This document shows, piece by piece, positions 1 to 12,338 of a DNA stretch of 64,000 nucleotides. The stretch covers positions 1 to 64,000 of the forward strand of contig MCFE01000455.1 of NCBI GenBank assembly GCA_002104905.1, read 5' to 3'. The position numbers and the translations under genes were made by a program. Origin of the DNA: Basidiobolus meristosporus CBS 931.73. Lineage: Eukaryota; Fungi; Basidiobolomycota. The notes under the pieces were generated by a model. That model had not been told where the DNA came from, did not search any database, and worked only from the letters and a program-made list of their open reading frames with translations. Position 1 is the stretch's first letter. Every line of letters starts with the position of its first letter.

Positions 1-812
1 GTCACCATCCCTACCATTTCCATAGCATATATGGTATCCCTATGTTGCACAGGTTTCAGAGTACTGATTCCTGATTGGTTGGATGGGCTGTACCTCTTAG
101 AACCTTCTGGCACCTATTTAGAACATTCTGAGGTCATTCTGGTATCATTGAGATTTTGATTCATATATGGAACCTTCTGGAACACCATGATTAGTAATCA
201 CTTAGCCAGTAAGAAAATACATAAGGGAGGCTATCCCTCCACAAAAAATCATCATCCCTTTTATCAATATACCAACTTGTTGATTAGTGTGATCACTGCT
301 ACCTGCTGCTACCTAAACTTCCAACCCCAGACAATAGGACACACCCAGGAAACCACACTGACAGCCAACTGACCTTGGAGGCACTACTTGTGAGGAATAC
401 TCAGAGTTTGAGTCTTTTATTATATTTGATTCTTTCCCAAGTTTGCTCTCATACAGGCAAAGATGCTTTGCTGCCTTTGTAACTATTGACCACAGCTGCA
501 TTCTTATCAAGTCCCTGCTGGTGGAGTTTACAGTTGTTTTGACTTTGGAAGCTTTAGTACATTGTCATCTCAACAGATGCTGAACCCAGCACATACTTTT
601 GTTAAGACGCCAACTAAGTTGGGGATTGTAGCTCAATAATTTTCCCTTGACAAGCTTGTGGCTTTATTCCCCATCACATTAGATTAGAGACAGAGCCCAA
701 GTATTCCTAGCAAGCTTTTGCCAGAGGTTATTGTACCCAGTGAACACCTCAGACACAAAACACTTGAGAAGTGTTGGATGTATCTCTCCCTTGGACTTAA
801 AACATCACCACA
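1..812 (+). mobile_element. LTR family B (long Ty3-type LTR), cut by the window start
   Basis: Reverse-complement homologue of 52087-53157. Ends ...CATCACCACA at 812, directly followed by Copia RT sequence (ACATGTATATGGACCAG = YMDQPDGF). Confidence 0.7.
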
Positions 813-2718
813 ACATGTATATGGACCAGCCTGATGGGTTTGTTGATCAAGATGACCCCCATTTGGTCTGCAAGCTTCAAAAGTCTCTATATGGACTTAA
901 AAAATCACCAAGAGCCTGGAATTGAAAAATAGATTCATATTTCAAATCTTTGAGTTTCAAAAGGAGTAATGCTGACTATAGTATATGTTGTAAAAATTTG
1001 TAAGTCCACTTAAAGTTTCACCTAACTTAGTCACTTAGATCATTACCTTCAATACTAGAGAATACTGACTAAATTCCTTGTTGGGATTTACTTGAAATAT
1101 TTCCACCAAAATACCAGGCTCCCAGAATATGAAAATTCTCAAAGTTGTCCAAGCAGCCCCAGACTTTGCACGCATGTTCTTGGGACCTTCCTTGGCCTAT
1201 TCTATGTGTTTGTAATGCCAAGACCATGTAAAAGTAGAAATACTACTTTTAAACTCAATAAACATTAAGTGAAAGCCACATAATCTACTTGTCCTCACCA
1301 TCACTTCCAATATCTCCAAGACTCCTACAAAAGTATATAGTATAAGCCAGATAGTGCAAATCCAGCTCTATTAGCTCTATATGGGGATGATATTAATATA
1401 GCTGCCAATAACCTAGAAACATTAGATGAGACCAAATCCAATCTATGTAAGGAGTTCAAGATGTCCAATCTAGGAGAACTCAGTTACTACTCATGGACAA
1501 GGTTCTCCATAGAGAGAGGTACCCAGTCTCTCACCCTAAGCCAATCCCATTATATTCAAGATATACTAAAGATGTACCAAATAGAAGACTATAAACTGGC
1601 AGCTACCCCAATGGAGACAAACTTTCACTTGGACAAAACTCAACCAAATAAGGAGCGCTAGGTGCCATCTGAAAGCTCTAAGTCTCCTTATCAGTCTATC
1701 ATTGGCTGTTTGAGGCATTTCATGCTTAGAGCATGCTCAGATATCTGATATTCATTGGGAGTTGTCCGCCAACATAATCAGATTTATGGATCTGATCATA
1801 TTGCAGCGGTTAAGCAGATCTTTAGATACCTAAAAGGAAATATTGATACCAACCTAAGATACACTTATAAGGATTCAAAACAGGATCTTGTGGGTTACTC
1901 TAATGCTGATTGGGGACAAAATTTGGAAGATAGAAGATCCACCAAGGCCCACCCCTTTCTTTACTACAAAGGAGCAATTTCATAGAATTCAAGAAAGCAA
2001 CTAACCAGGGCACTTTCTACTGCAGAGGCAGAGTACAAGGCAGCCTGTAATGCTACAAAAAAAGCAATGTGGTTAAGGAATATTTTTAAAGACTTAGGCA
2101 TATGTCAAAAAATGCCTATTACTTTATTTCAAGATAATAAAGGATGTATACAAGCAGGTAGAAATCCAACTTTTCATGCTAGAACTGAGCACACAGATAT
2201 TAAACATCATTTGATACATGAAGCTATAGAGAATAACATGGTTTACTTAGCCTACTGTCCTACAAATGAAATGATTGCAGACATGCTTACCAAGCCATTA
2301 GCTAGAGACAAGTTTCAATATCTTAGGTCAAATCTAGGACTAATTAGTATGGACATTTGGTTGAGTGGGAGTGTTGTAAAAGTTTGTAATTCCACCTAAA
2401 TATTGACCTACCTAGGTCACTTAGATCATTATCTTCAAGTAGTAGATAAAACTGACCAAAATTCTTGTTGGGATTCACTTAAAAAGTTTTATCAAAATAT
2501 CAGGTACACTGTATATGAGAATTCTCAAAGTTATCCAAACAGCCCTAAGCTTTGAACACATGTTCTTGAGACCTTTCTAGACCTATCCCATGTGTTTGTT
2601 ATGCCAAGATCATGTTAAAGTATAAAAATTAACTTTACATTTAATAAATCATTAAGTGAAACCACATATACTACTTGTTCTCCCAATCACTTTCAATATC
2701 TCCAAGACTGTTAAAACA
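813..2718 (+). mobile_element. pol: Copia family A 3' part: degenerate RT/RNaseH, PPT and 3' LTR (2372-2718)
   Basis: Motifs YMDQPDGF..LYGLKKSPRAWN, YSNADWG, HARTEHTDIKHH, MIADMLTKPL. PPT GAGTGGGAG at 2363-2371, then an LTR starting TGTTGTAAAA. Many stops and frameshifts. Confidence 0.9.
986..1332 (+). repeat. Solo LTR of Copia A inserted into the RT of Copia A
   Basis: TGTTGTAAAA...CTCCTACAAAA flanked by a 5-bp TSD GTATA (981-985 and 1333-1337). The flanks rejoin to the RT sequence seen uninterrupted near 63090-63115. Confidence 0.88.
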
Positions 2719-3118
2719 GCTTTGACTTAATGATATATTGAGTGTAAGAGTAGTATTCATACCTTGTATGATCTTGGCATAGCAGACATGTAGAAAAGAT
2801 TCAGGAAGGGCCCAAGAACATGTGTGCAAAGTTTGAGGCAGTTTAGACAACTTTGAGTATTTTCATGTTCTAGGTGCCAGGTATTTTGGTTGAAATATTC
2901 TATATAAATCCTGACAAAAGACACAGTCAGTATTCTCCAAGATATGTAGGTAATATTTAAGTTCACACATTTGGTGGGTATTTAGGTGCAATTAAAAGTA
3001 TTTACAACACTCCCACTCAGCTAAATATCCATATTTGCTAATCTTAATAGTGATCTACAATATTCAAATATGTCCCCAGCCAATGGTTTGGCAATTACCT
3101 TTGCAATCATAGATCTTT
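2719..3118 (-). mobile_element. Older Copia A fragment (truncated LTR, PPT, RNaseH tail)
   Basis: Degenerate match to 61770-62170; TTTACAACA-CTCCCACTCAGC junction at about 3000-3020. Confidence 0.75.
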
Positions 3119-5520
3119 TCCTATAAAAAAGATTTGGTCCTGCAGGTGGATCCAATCCAGATCAACCATCAAGATCCCATCAGGACACTACTGTAATAAC
3201 AACAACTTGGAATTAATGACCATCTACACAATCCTGTGACAGGATCATAACAGCATTTTGCCAATGTTACAGCCAAATAAAGTTGATACATATAACAGTA
3301 TTTTTACAGTGTTTTGGCAATGGTGGCATGGGATAGTTGCGGTCTTGGTGCATTTTACAACTATTTGAGTGGATCTAACTGGCCTGTACATCCAATTGCC
3401 TTATATGGCAAGATGTTTGACAGTGTTTTGAAGGCAACTTTGCAAGCCTCTGATGGCATTATCACTGCAGTATGGTGGCCTATAGCCAGCTCTGTATAAT
3501 GCTACCATATCAATATACTAAATGGTATTTCCTTTTTCTACCCCCCTGGCAAAATACATATATTCCTCTGTAAAATCACCCCTCTTTATTTGCTTACCCA
3601 CTACCACCTTGGGTAATCTACATATAAGACTTGTTCTGTTGGATAGTGCCACATTGAGCCATGAGTGCCAAATGATGCCATAGTGTGCCAGAAAGGCCAA
3701 GTGAGCCTACACTTGGCCACAGAGTGTGCAGCACAGCTCTGCATCTTCATGCATAGCAGCCCCTGTATTTCACTCATTGTGATGGAGAAAATCCATTTTT
3801 TGACCTTTTTTTGTAGGTTAATGTTGTAAACGATGTGTAAGTGCACAAAAGGATTGAAGATATGCATCTGGTACTCAATACCCTTGGCACTCTGAATCTA
3901 GCTTCTGTGGCTTGTAACATGTCACAAAAATGCATGGCACTATCTTGGTCCACTGGTACTATCTGGCACTAAAAGTGCTTTGTATTGATCTTACTTTAGG
4001 GCTAATATTTAAATATAGTGCCAGATAGTACCAGTGGACCAAGATAGTGCCATGCATTTTTGTGACATGTTACAAGCCACAGGAGCTAGATTCAGAGTGC
4101 CAAGGGTATTGAGTACCAGATGTATATCTTCAATCCTTTTGTGCACTTACACATCCTTTACAACATTGACCTAAAAAAAAAGGTCAAGAAATGGATTTTC
4201 TCCATCACAATGAGTGAAACACAGGGGCTGCTTTGCATGAAGATGCAGATCTATGTTTCACACTCTGTGGCCAAGTATAGGCTCACTTGGTCTTTCTGGC
4301 ACACTATGGCATCATTTGGCACTCATGGCTCAATGTGGCACTATCCAACAGAACAGGTCTATAGTCTGAATCCAAAATCCAATGGCCTCCTGCTTATTAA
4401 TCTCAACAAACACGCACACCTGCTGCAATTGACATACTTCTATCACCTCAACTTTAGGGCTTTTTAGTGGATGCTTACAAAGTTGCCATATACCTTGTAT
4501 TGATGGCAACATAAGAATCTTGCAAACATGTGCTTGGTTGCTACCACTCCTGCCATGAATACCTCCTGGATATCCACAATGAGCTTTTTGGTATTAAGCC
4601 AATATATTCCTTCTCCCTGCTGGATTCTTGTCAACCTTATAGTTGCGCTCTGGCTTTTGGATGGTTAGCTTCTTAATGCAATAGGAAAAGGTGTCTCCAT
4701 GTGCACATTGGTTCTCAGTGTTTTTCATCTCTTCCTGGCTATTTTCTATGTGCCAACTCATCATATCCATGACAGACTTGAAGGTAATATTCTTGATGAG
4801 ATTGGGATATGGTAGTTCCTGTGGCTTGACTTGTCTTCCAATATCTCCACACATCTGCTCCATAAGAAACTCCCAAAAGGTGAAGCCAGGCCAATATTCC
4901 CAGCACACCAAGCCAGATGGAGTAGCAAAGGGATACAGTGGCAGTAGAGATCTACGCATTCAGCTTTATATTTGCAGTGTAGCCACTCAAATCCTTTCAA
5001 AAACTGTTTGCACAATAGCTGTTGATCTGTTGAGTTAGCATTGGTGATTTGTTACTGGATAAATATTCCTACAATGTCAATATATGACTCCCAATGCTTC
5101 CAATGTACTCCTGGTAGAAATGGCTTCAGAAGACCACTTGAATAAATACAAATCCAGCTCATCCAGTCCTTGCACTTGTATTGTCACATATGCATATGAA
5201 TGATGATTGGAACCTATGGGAAATACTTAGGGAAGCAGATACTCTACAATATTGTGTCAATTCTTTAAAATTTCCCTGTCATCCCATAGAGCTGATTCAG
5301 CTTGAAATGCCCCATGTACATGTTGGTCATCAGTATAGGGATATTTTTGAAAAGCAAATGCATTGGTCCCAGAGGAAAGCCTTTGCCCTTACAGATACCT
5401 TCTATCTTAAGTATCTCTGGTTTCAGATTAGTTCTGCATTCTGGCCAACAGTTTATAGCTTGCCACTTTGCTACAGTTACATGTTGACATCTGTATGTTC
5501 TCTAAAGGGCTTCTATCAAC
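3119..5520 (-). mobile_element. CACTA/EnSpm copy: left terminus and degenerate transposase C-terminus, truncated
   Basis: Collinear with 15537-17330. Terminus TCCTATAAAAAAGATTTGG; translated WEFLMEQMCGDIGRQVKPQELPYPNL. Confidence 0.85.
3627..4360. mobile_element. Foldback MITE-1 (734 bp, ~345-bp inverted arms) with PHIS-type ends
   Basis: AGACTTGTTCTGTTGGATAGTGCC ... GGCACTATCCAACAGAACAGGTCT. Arms are near-perfect reverse complements around a ~45-bp spacer. TSD ATA; the empty site is visible near 16043-16050. Confidence 0.92.
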
Positions 5521-6539
5521 TGTCAATATAGGTGGGCAATTGGTGTTCTGAAAGTCAAGAGGTCTTAGAACTGGTGGGGTTACTATGGCCTCCTTTAGTA
5601 GTTGCATTGCATCTTCTTGTCCTTCACCCCATATAGATGGGGCATACTTTCTTTGTAGTTGGTGATTTGGTTCTGCAATTTCAGAAAATCTTGGTATTCA
5701 GATCCTAAAGAGCCCACAAGCTGTCACAAAGCCACAAGCTTGAGTTAGGTTTGTGGGAGTGGGCCAGTTCATATCTTTTGTGTCTTAGAGTCTACAGGTG
5801 AGCAACTATAAGTGTTGCATCTTTGTCCAACAATAGGTATATCTGATGCATCAAAGCTACTCTTCTCACCACTGATGGTGAGTCCTGCTTCTTCAATGGC
5901 TCCTAATATAGTATCATTTTCCAAGATGTGCCCATAGACAAACTCTCCAACTCAAGGCATAACATCAATGTTGTCCTGGAACCTTGGTTCTTTGATGACT
6001 AGGTCATCTACAAAGACAGCATATTTCCAGGTATAAGCTGGTACAGCATATTCACCATGTATATCTAGAGCTGCACTATGGAGTTTGTAGCCCTTTGGCT
6101 GAGTCTTGTCATCCTTAACAGTCCAAATGGTGTCTGAGTGTAAACACATCTCCTAATATCTCTTCCAGGGGGATCTGGTCATATCCTGAGTAGAGATTTT
6201 ATATTGAGAAGATGGTGTAGCCACTGAAGCTCTCAGTAAAGTCATTAACAGATGGAGGTATTGCAGCATCTCTGATAGTGACAGCATTTGCAGGTTGCAG
6301 GTCTTGAATGATCAGAGCTTTCCATTCTTCTTTTTGGTCACAAATCATCTGTTAGCATAAGGTCCATGCCAAGGCTCTAGGGTACCAGTATCAAACTTCT
6401 TTTTGAGTAGATCATGCACATCAGCATGGAGTCCTTTGGGCAGTGGGTAAGGCTTGAATAACCAGGGTGTGTGTAGCACTGTAATGATCTTTATAGGTTT
6501 TCCAACCAATGACTTTACAAGCCCCATCTCCTTGTCATC
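5521..6539 (-). pseudogene. pol: Ylt1-like Ty3/Gypsy RT and connection fragment
   Basis: Minus-strand PWHGPYANR-WFF-KK..IQDLQPANAVTIRDAA, AVFVDDLVIK and WPTPTNLTQ motifs, with frameshifts. Continues beyond the PHIS insertion at 12844. Confidence 0.75.
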
Positions 6540-7816
6540 AGACTTGTTCCTTTGGATAGTGCTACATAGTGTCAGCCTGATTATAGTGCCAGATTGATCT
6601 AGCACTCTATGGCACTGTCTGGTGCTAAAGTTCCTCCCATAATGCCAGTGGTAGGATACAGTTACTGGTAATTTTACTTGATCTTATTTATGTTGCTTGG
6701 AATAGTGCTTTCTTTGCTTTATTTACTCTTCATAATGCTCTAAACACATTTCTCTCAGTGGATATCTTTTTGTATGAGTATACTGTACATTAACAAGTGT
6801 CATAGCTATTTTATCTATTCTGCTGTTTTCTCCCATATATGACTTTCCTCTATGTTTACCTGTTGATATGTTGAATATCTTCTTATATTCAGATTTAAGC
6901 ACTTCCCTCACTCTGAAATGATTAATTATCACATTGTTGAGCTTCTGCTTCATGCTAAGCACACCATTCCTTGGCTTCCTATAGCTGTAATACATCCTAA
7001 TCTCTGACAATCCTCTCCTATATAAGCTAGGCCTGCCATACATTTCTCCCCTCTACTGAATTCAGGATGCACTATTATATAAGTATCCAAATCCATCAGT
7101 ATGGTCCCTTTACCAAGTCTCAACACATCTTTACAACACCCCAGACAAAACCTATCCCCAGCTCACTAGCATGGTCTAGACAAGCAAAGTTGATGTCAGA
7201 TACACATGAGCTCTTACCAAATGATTTTAGTATGGTCCAAGTGTCTATAATGAGCCTTTATACTGATATTTGGGCACAACTCATTAGTCAGGCTGAGCTG
7301 GATACCTCAGAGAGCTGACAGAGATGGATGAGTTTGAATAGAAAACTGTAGCATAAACTCAACATCAAAATGCCAGCAGATGTATGTAAGACAATGTATA
7401 ACAGGACAAGTATTGAAACTAAGAATGAGCTGAGTGTAAGGTAATTTGATGAGGAAGCTGTGTGGGAACAACTTTGCATGCAGCTTGAACAGTATAGGCC
7501 AGATGCATCTATTTGTGCCTCCACTTTGGACCAAAGAGATTATGAATGAGTTTTGCATCCAACAACTAATGTACTACATGATATATTAGTAGAGCTAAGT
7601 GGCTTCCAAGAGCAATATACACAGGACTCATCCAAGCAGCAATTCCAAAGTATCAGACAGAGGGCAAGTGAATACCTTGAGGAGTCAGAAAGTTAGATTC
7701 AATATGAAGAATACAGACTGTAAGCAACAGCATCCAGATTGCGCCAGCATGCCTTGCTGAATTCCTTACCATCTCTTGCAACTCCAGCATGCTGGCACAC
7801 ATCAGTCAAACTATGC

Positions 7817-8619
7817 CGTGGTAGGGTAAACATACCTCCCACAAACAAGTTTATTCATATAGCCATTATGATATACACATCCATATTTTATCTTATTGGT
7901 ATCATCCCATTCTTCTTTGGTCCATATTATCAGTATTATCTCCATATGATGTTTACCCTGATTATTTATTAGCATTGGTTATACCCAATATTATTCAGCT
8001 TTGTGATTAGTATATGTATCTACATAAGGCAAGTACCTGTGTCAGTACCTGTAACACATGACCTAGGTCTGTGTTACCATCCCTACCATTTCAATACATA
8101 TATGGTATTTCTATTTTGCACAGGTTTTAGAATACTGATCCCTGATTGGTTGGATGTGCTCTGCCTTTTAGAACCTTCCAGGACATTCTTGGCATATTTT
8201 TAGCTCATAGTGATGTCATCAAGAATTCCATTGATGCCTAGAATCTTCTAGAACCTTGTCATTAGTAATCACTTGGCAATCAGGAAAAGTATTTAAGGTA
8301 AAGCAATCCCTCATCAATAAACAATCCCTTCTATCAGTAACACTTCTCCCTTATTGATTAGCAGTTGATCACAGCACCGGCCTTCAACAGTACATCTCAG
8401 ATCTGCCATCAAGGAGCTTTTCAGGGTAGTGCACAAGACACACAGAGGCCTTTGGAGACACTTGGAGCACCTAAAAAGCTAGAGAAGCAGGAGATTTTAC
8501 CATAGTGACATATTCACAAAGACACCAGCAGTTTAGACACAGAGGTTATTGCACCCATCAGACACCTGACACCCCTTGAGTTGTGTAGCTTCTCCCAAGA
8601 GTACCTCTACACCACCACA
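7817..8619 (+). repeat. Solo LTR, family B variant (803 bp)
   Basis: CGTGGTAG...ACCACCACA with a 4-bp TSD ATGC (7813-7816, 8620-8623). Shares its first part with the 1-812 and 52087-53157 copies. Interrupts PHIS ORF2. Confidence 0.78.
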
Positions 8620-9747
8620 ATGCTTCTTCACAAGAGTGCCGCATTGAGTCAGTGCTCACCCATCAGAGCAACACTATCAATACTTGCAGAGCTACTCATT
8701 TAGACACAAGTCCATTGAAGCAGTCTGAGTTGTGTCAATGTGTTGCATCATGTCAAACTCAGCCAAGGGCCATGCCAGCACATTGCATTGCACCTGCATG
8801 TGCTGTTACACTTACCATCAGCATGTTACTTCTGGTGAACCAACTGATGATGAACCACAAGAATTGCCTCCACCACCCAAGCCTTTGGGAAGTAAAAGAG
8901 TGTGTCAGCACATTGCACTACAGGCAGGTTCAGTAGCATCATCTGGAGCAATTCAGTGAGGCCAAGCTGTAGCATAGTACTTATCAACTAGGAGGCAAAA
9001 CACTAGACTTGTTCCATCGTACCGTGCCAGGGCGTGCGGCGCGATCCGCGGTTGCAAAGAACGATTGGGCGCGATATTATAGCTACCAGAAGGCAGGATT
9101 GTTCTTGGACGATTTCGCACTATGCGGGACGATCTCGCACACTATGGCACAATCTGACACGATGAGGTTGGCGCGGATGATTGCGCCAGCTCGTAATGCT
9201 TACATCACGTGCGCGATCGGATACCGCTATAATGGCAGGTAAAATCCGGTATTTGGATATGTTTCTTTAATGTAAATGGAAATAAATGTGTATCACACTA
9301 TAAACTACACTGATACCTACCATTTTGGTTACCCTCCCTCCAATTGGACGGTATCTCAGTGGTTAATTGGTCCAAAAGTATCCTGAAGCTGGCAGCCCCC
9401 AATTGGCTCATTGACTACTGAAAAAGCTACCTGATTTGCCATCAAATATCCCATTTTGCCCATTGAGCAAGTAAATCCCTGATCCTAGTGATTGGGCAAG
9501 GTGTCATAGCTAGCACGCAAGCAATGGTGTAGGTGCAAAACAGATCCAATAGCTGCACTGGTATTACAGATGACGTATATATATGCAGGGTGTTTATTTA
9601 TAGGGGTTCTGTCTCAAATGTGAGATGTCCTTGATATTACTTATATCAAAAATTTGATGATCACTGATTTGCGATGGCTCGATTCGGATCGCAAAAAAAA
9701 AGGGTTGTTGGGATCATTACAAATGTGAGCAATTCAAAGCAATTGCA

Positions 9748-10980
9748 TCATCTTCTCCTGGGTTTTTTTCTCACAGGGATTACTACTGAAGCATTTGGTA
9801 GTGACTCACTTTGCACACCTATACTACTTCCTGGCTGACTATCATCTTGCCTACTTGTGTATTTGTAGTCAGTATTTTGCCTCCTAGTTGATGAGTGCAA
9901 TGCTGCAGCTTGGCCACGCTGAATTGCTCCGACTGAACCAACTGAACCGGCCTGTAGTGCTACGCGCTGACGCGTTCTTTTACTTGCCAAGGGCTCCGGT
10001 GGTTGAGTCACTTCATGTTGGTCATCATCAGTCAGTTCACCAGAAGTAACTTGCTGATGGTCAGGCAAAACAGCACGCGCAGGCGCGCCTTGACGCGTTG
10101 AGATGGCCCTTGGCTGAGTTTGATGTGATGCCGCATGTTGACGCGACTCGGTCCGCTCCAATGGACTTGTGTCTAAATGAGCAGTTTGGTGAGTTCTGGC
10201 AGTTTTGCTCTGAAGCGCGCGCGTTGACTTGACGCGGGGCGTTCTGTTAAAGGGTGTTGGCGTGGTCTGGACTGACGTGCGCCGGCGCGCTGTGGTTGCA
10301 AGAGATGGTAGGGAATCCAGCGAGGCGTGCTGGCGCGATCTGGACAATGTTGCTCGCGGTCTGTATTCTTCCTCCTGAAGCTCACCATCTGATTCCTCAA
10401 GGTATTCACTTACCCTCTGTCTGATACTTTGGAGCTGTTGCCTGGATGAGTCCTGTGTATATTGCTCTTGGAAGCCACTTAGCTCTACTAATATATCCCG
10501 TAGTACATTAGTCATTTGAGGCAAAAACTCATTCAAAATCTCTTTGGTTCCCAAAGTTGAGGCACAAACGGACGCGTCCGGCCCGTACTGTGCAAATTGC
10601 GCGCGAAATCGTTCCCGCGCGGCTTCCTCGTCAAATCCCCTCACTCTCAGCTCATTCATGATTTCAATACTTGTCTTGTTATATATCTTTTTACATACAT
10701 CGGCTGGCATCTTGATGTAGAACTCATACCACAACTTTCTACTCAAATTCTTCCATCTTTGTTGACTCTCTGAGGTATCTAGTTCTGCTAGATTAATCAG
10801 TAGTGCCCAAATATCTGTATGAAGGCTCATCATAGACACTTGGGCCATACTAAAATCATTTGGCAAGAACTCAAACGGATCCGACATCGACTTCTCCGGT
10901 CCGGACCGCGCTAGTGAGCTGGGGGATGGGTTTTGTCTGGGTTGTACTAAAGATGAGTTGAGGCTTGGTATGGGGACCAT
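9748..10980 (-). CDS. PHIS ORF2: putative Myb/SANT(trihelix)-like DNA-binding protein, 410 aa, open
   Basis: Open 410-aa ORF. QQRWKNLSRKLWYEFYIKMPADVCKKIYNK resembles a Myb/SANT-like helix pattern. Long S/T/R/Q-rich low-complexity tail and basic C-terminus PVRKKPRRR. Homologues occur in at least four other copies. Confidence 0.72.
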   Translation of the reverse strand: MVPIPSLNSSLVQPRQNPSPSSLARSGPEKSMSDPFEFLPNDFSMAQVSMMSLHTDIWALLINLAELDTSESQQRWKNLSRKLWYEFYIKMPADVCKKIYNKTSIEIMNELRVRGFDEEAARERFRAQFAQYGPDASVCASTLGTKEILNEFLPQMTNVLRDILVELSGFQEQYTQDSSRQQLQSIRQRVSEYLEESDGELQEEEYRPRATLSRSRQHASLDSLPSLATTARRRTSVQTTPTPFNRTPRVKSTRALQSKTARTHQTAHLDTSPLERTESRQHAASHQTQPRAISTRQGAPARAVLPDHQQVTSGELTDDDQHEVTQPPEPLASKRTRQRVALQAGSVGSVGAIQRGQAAALHSSTRRQNTDYKYTSRQDDSQPGSSIGVQSESLPNASVVIPVRKKPRRR

Positions 10981-11339
10981 AGCAACGGATTTGGATACTT
11001 ATACAGCAGTATATTGGCATCAACCTGGTCTTATATGAAATATATATGAAAACTAAAGTGATTGTTGAATTTTCCATATATTATGCATGATGCATCTCGG
11101 ATCGCATTGACACGGATCAGATCACATCAATCGCAGATTTCCTATTTGATTATAGACCTATGATTAAAGCATCAATAAAAGTACCAAGGCATTGTTTGCG
11201 GATGATTTTTGCAACATAATGATGGGATACATGGCAATTGATGGAGATTTAACCATAATGTATTAAAAATCAGATAAATAACGCAGATCGCGCCGAATCG
11301 ATTCAAACCGCCTCCATACAATCATCCATCAATTTTAAT

Positions 11340-12222
11340 ATGACTTACTCATCTGAATGGTCTTTTCTCATCAATCCCATCACTACCACTGGATTTCCTT
11401 TTAACACACTGGAGGAGATCTATTCCAAGTACTGTGGACCATCAACCCCAATCTACTCAAGGAGATCCCTTGTAAGCTTCTCTGCTATTACAAGAACTAT
11501 TGCCCTACAAGGTTTCATCCCACCATCCATGGCAACAAAAGTCCTAGAAGCTTTCATTCCCAGCTGACAGCAATGGAGAACCACCTTGCAGAGGGTATGA
11601 ATGACTTAGAGCAAGCTTGGAATACTAGGTTCAGAAGCTCCAATAGACTTCCATATCCCAGAGTGTTCAGCAACAGGTTCCATATCAGGAGTATTTTGGA
11701 TACCTTCACAGTGAGGATTAACAGACCTTCTAGAGGGCAGAGGCACTTTTATTCTGGCAAGTACAAGGCACACTGTGTGAAGTTTCAAGCACTGTCTGAC
11801 ATTGAGGGTAACATCATCTGGTTTAGTGGGCCATTTGCTGGAAGTAGGCATGACAAAGCACTCTGGGTAGAGAATCATCCTGAATTCAGTAGAGGGGAGA
11901 AATGTATGGCAGACTTGGCCTATATAGGAGAGGATTGTCAGAGATTAGGATTTATTACAGCTTATAGGAAGCCAAGGAATGGTGTGCTTAGCAGGAAGCA
12001 GAAGCTCTACAATGAGATATTTAATCATTTCAGAGTGAGGGTAGAGCACACATTTGGATATCTGAAGAGATTCAGCATATTGGCAGGTAAATACAGAGGA
12101 AAGTCATATATAGGTGAAAACAGCAGAATAGGTAAAATAGTTAAGATACTTATTAATGCACAGTATGTTCATACAAGAAGACATCACTGAGAGAAATGTG
12201 TCTGGAGCATTATGAAGAGTAA
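11340..12222 (+). pseudogene. PHIS DDE_Tnp_4 transposase with two 1-bp deletions
   Basis: ILDTF / YSGKYKAHCVKFQ / FSGPFAGSRHD / MADLAY / RVRVEHTFGYLKRF. 1-bp losses near 11473 and 12185 relative to the 56216 copy. Confidence 0.93.
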
Positions 12223-12338
12223 ATAAAGCAAGGAAAGCACTATTCTGAGCAACATAAGTAAGATTGAGTAAAATTACCAGTAACTGTATCATACCACTAG
12301 CATCATGGTAGAAATTATAGTGCCAGATAGTGCCGTAG

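Noticed and set aside
3601-4467. Mirror ORFs (MHIFNPFVHL.../MYIFNPFVHL...) on both strands
   Set aside because: These arise from the palindromic MITE arms; no coding signature.
9009-9242. 77-aa ORF at the PHIS left end, also open at 53852-54121
   Set aside because: It starts at a TTG inside the TIR in a GC-rich, stop-poor segment, has no recognisable domain, and is disrupted in older copies.
11606-11878. Recurrent antisense ORF MILYPECFVMPTSSKW... in several copies
   Set aside because: It is a shadow frame of the conserved transposase; recurrence reflects copy identity.
11340-12222. Bacterial IS5-family element or contamination
   Set aside because: It is embedded in eukaryotic Copia/Gypsy/CACTA nests, shows CpG decay in older copies, and has a Myb-like partner ORF.
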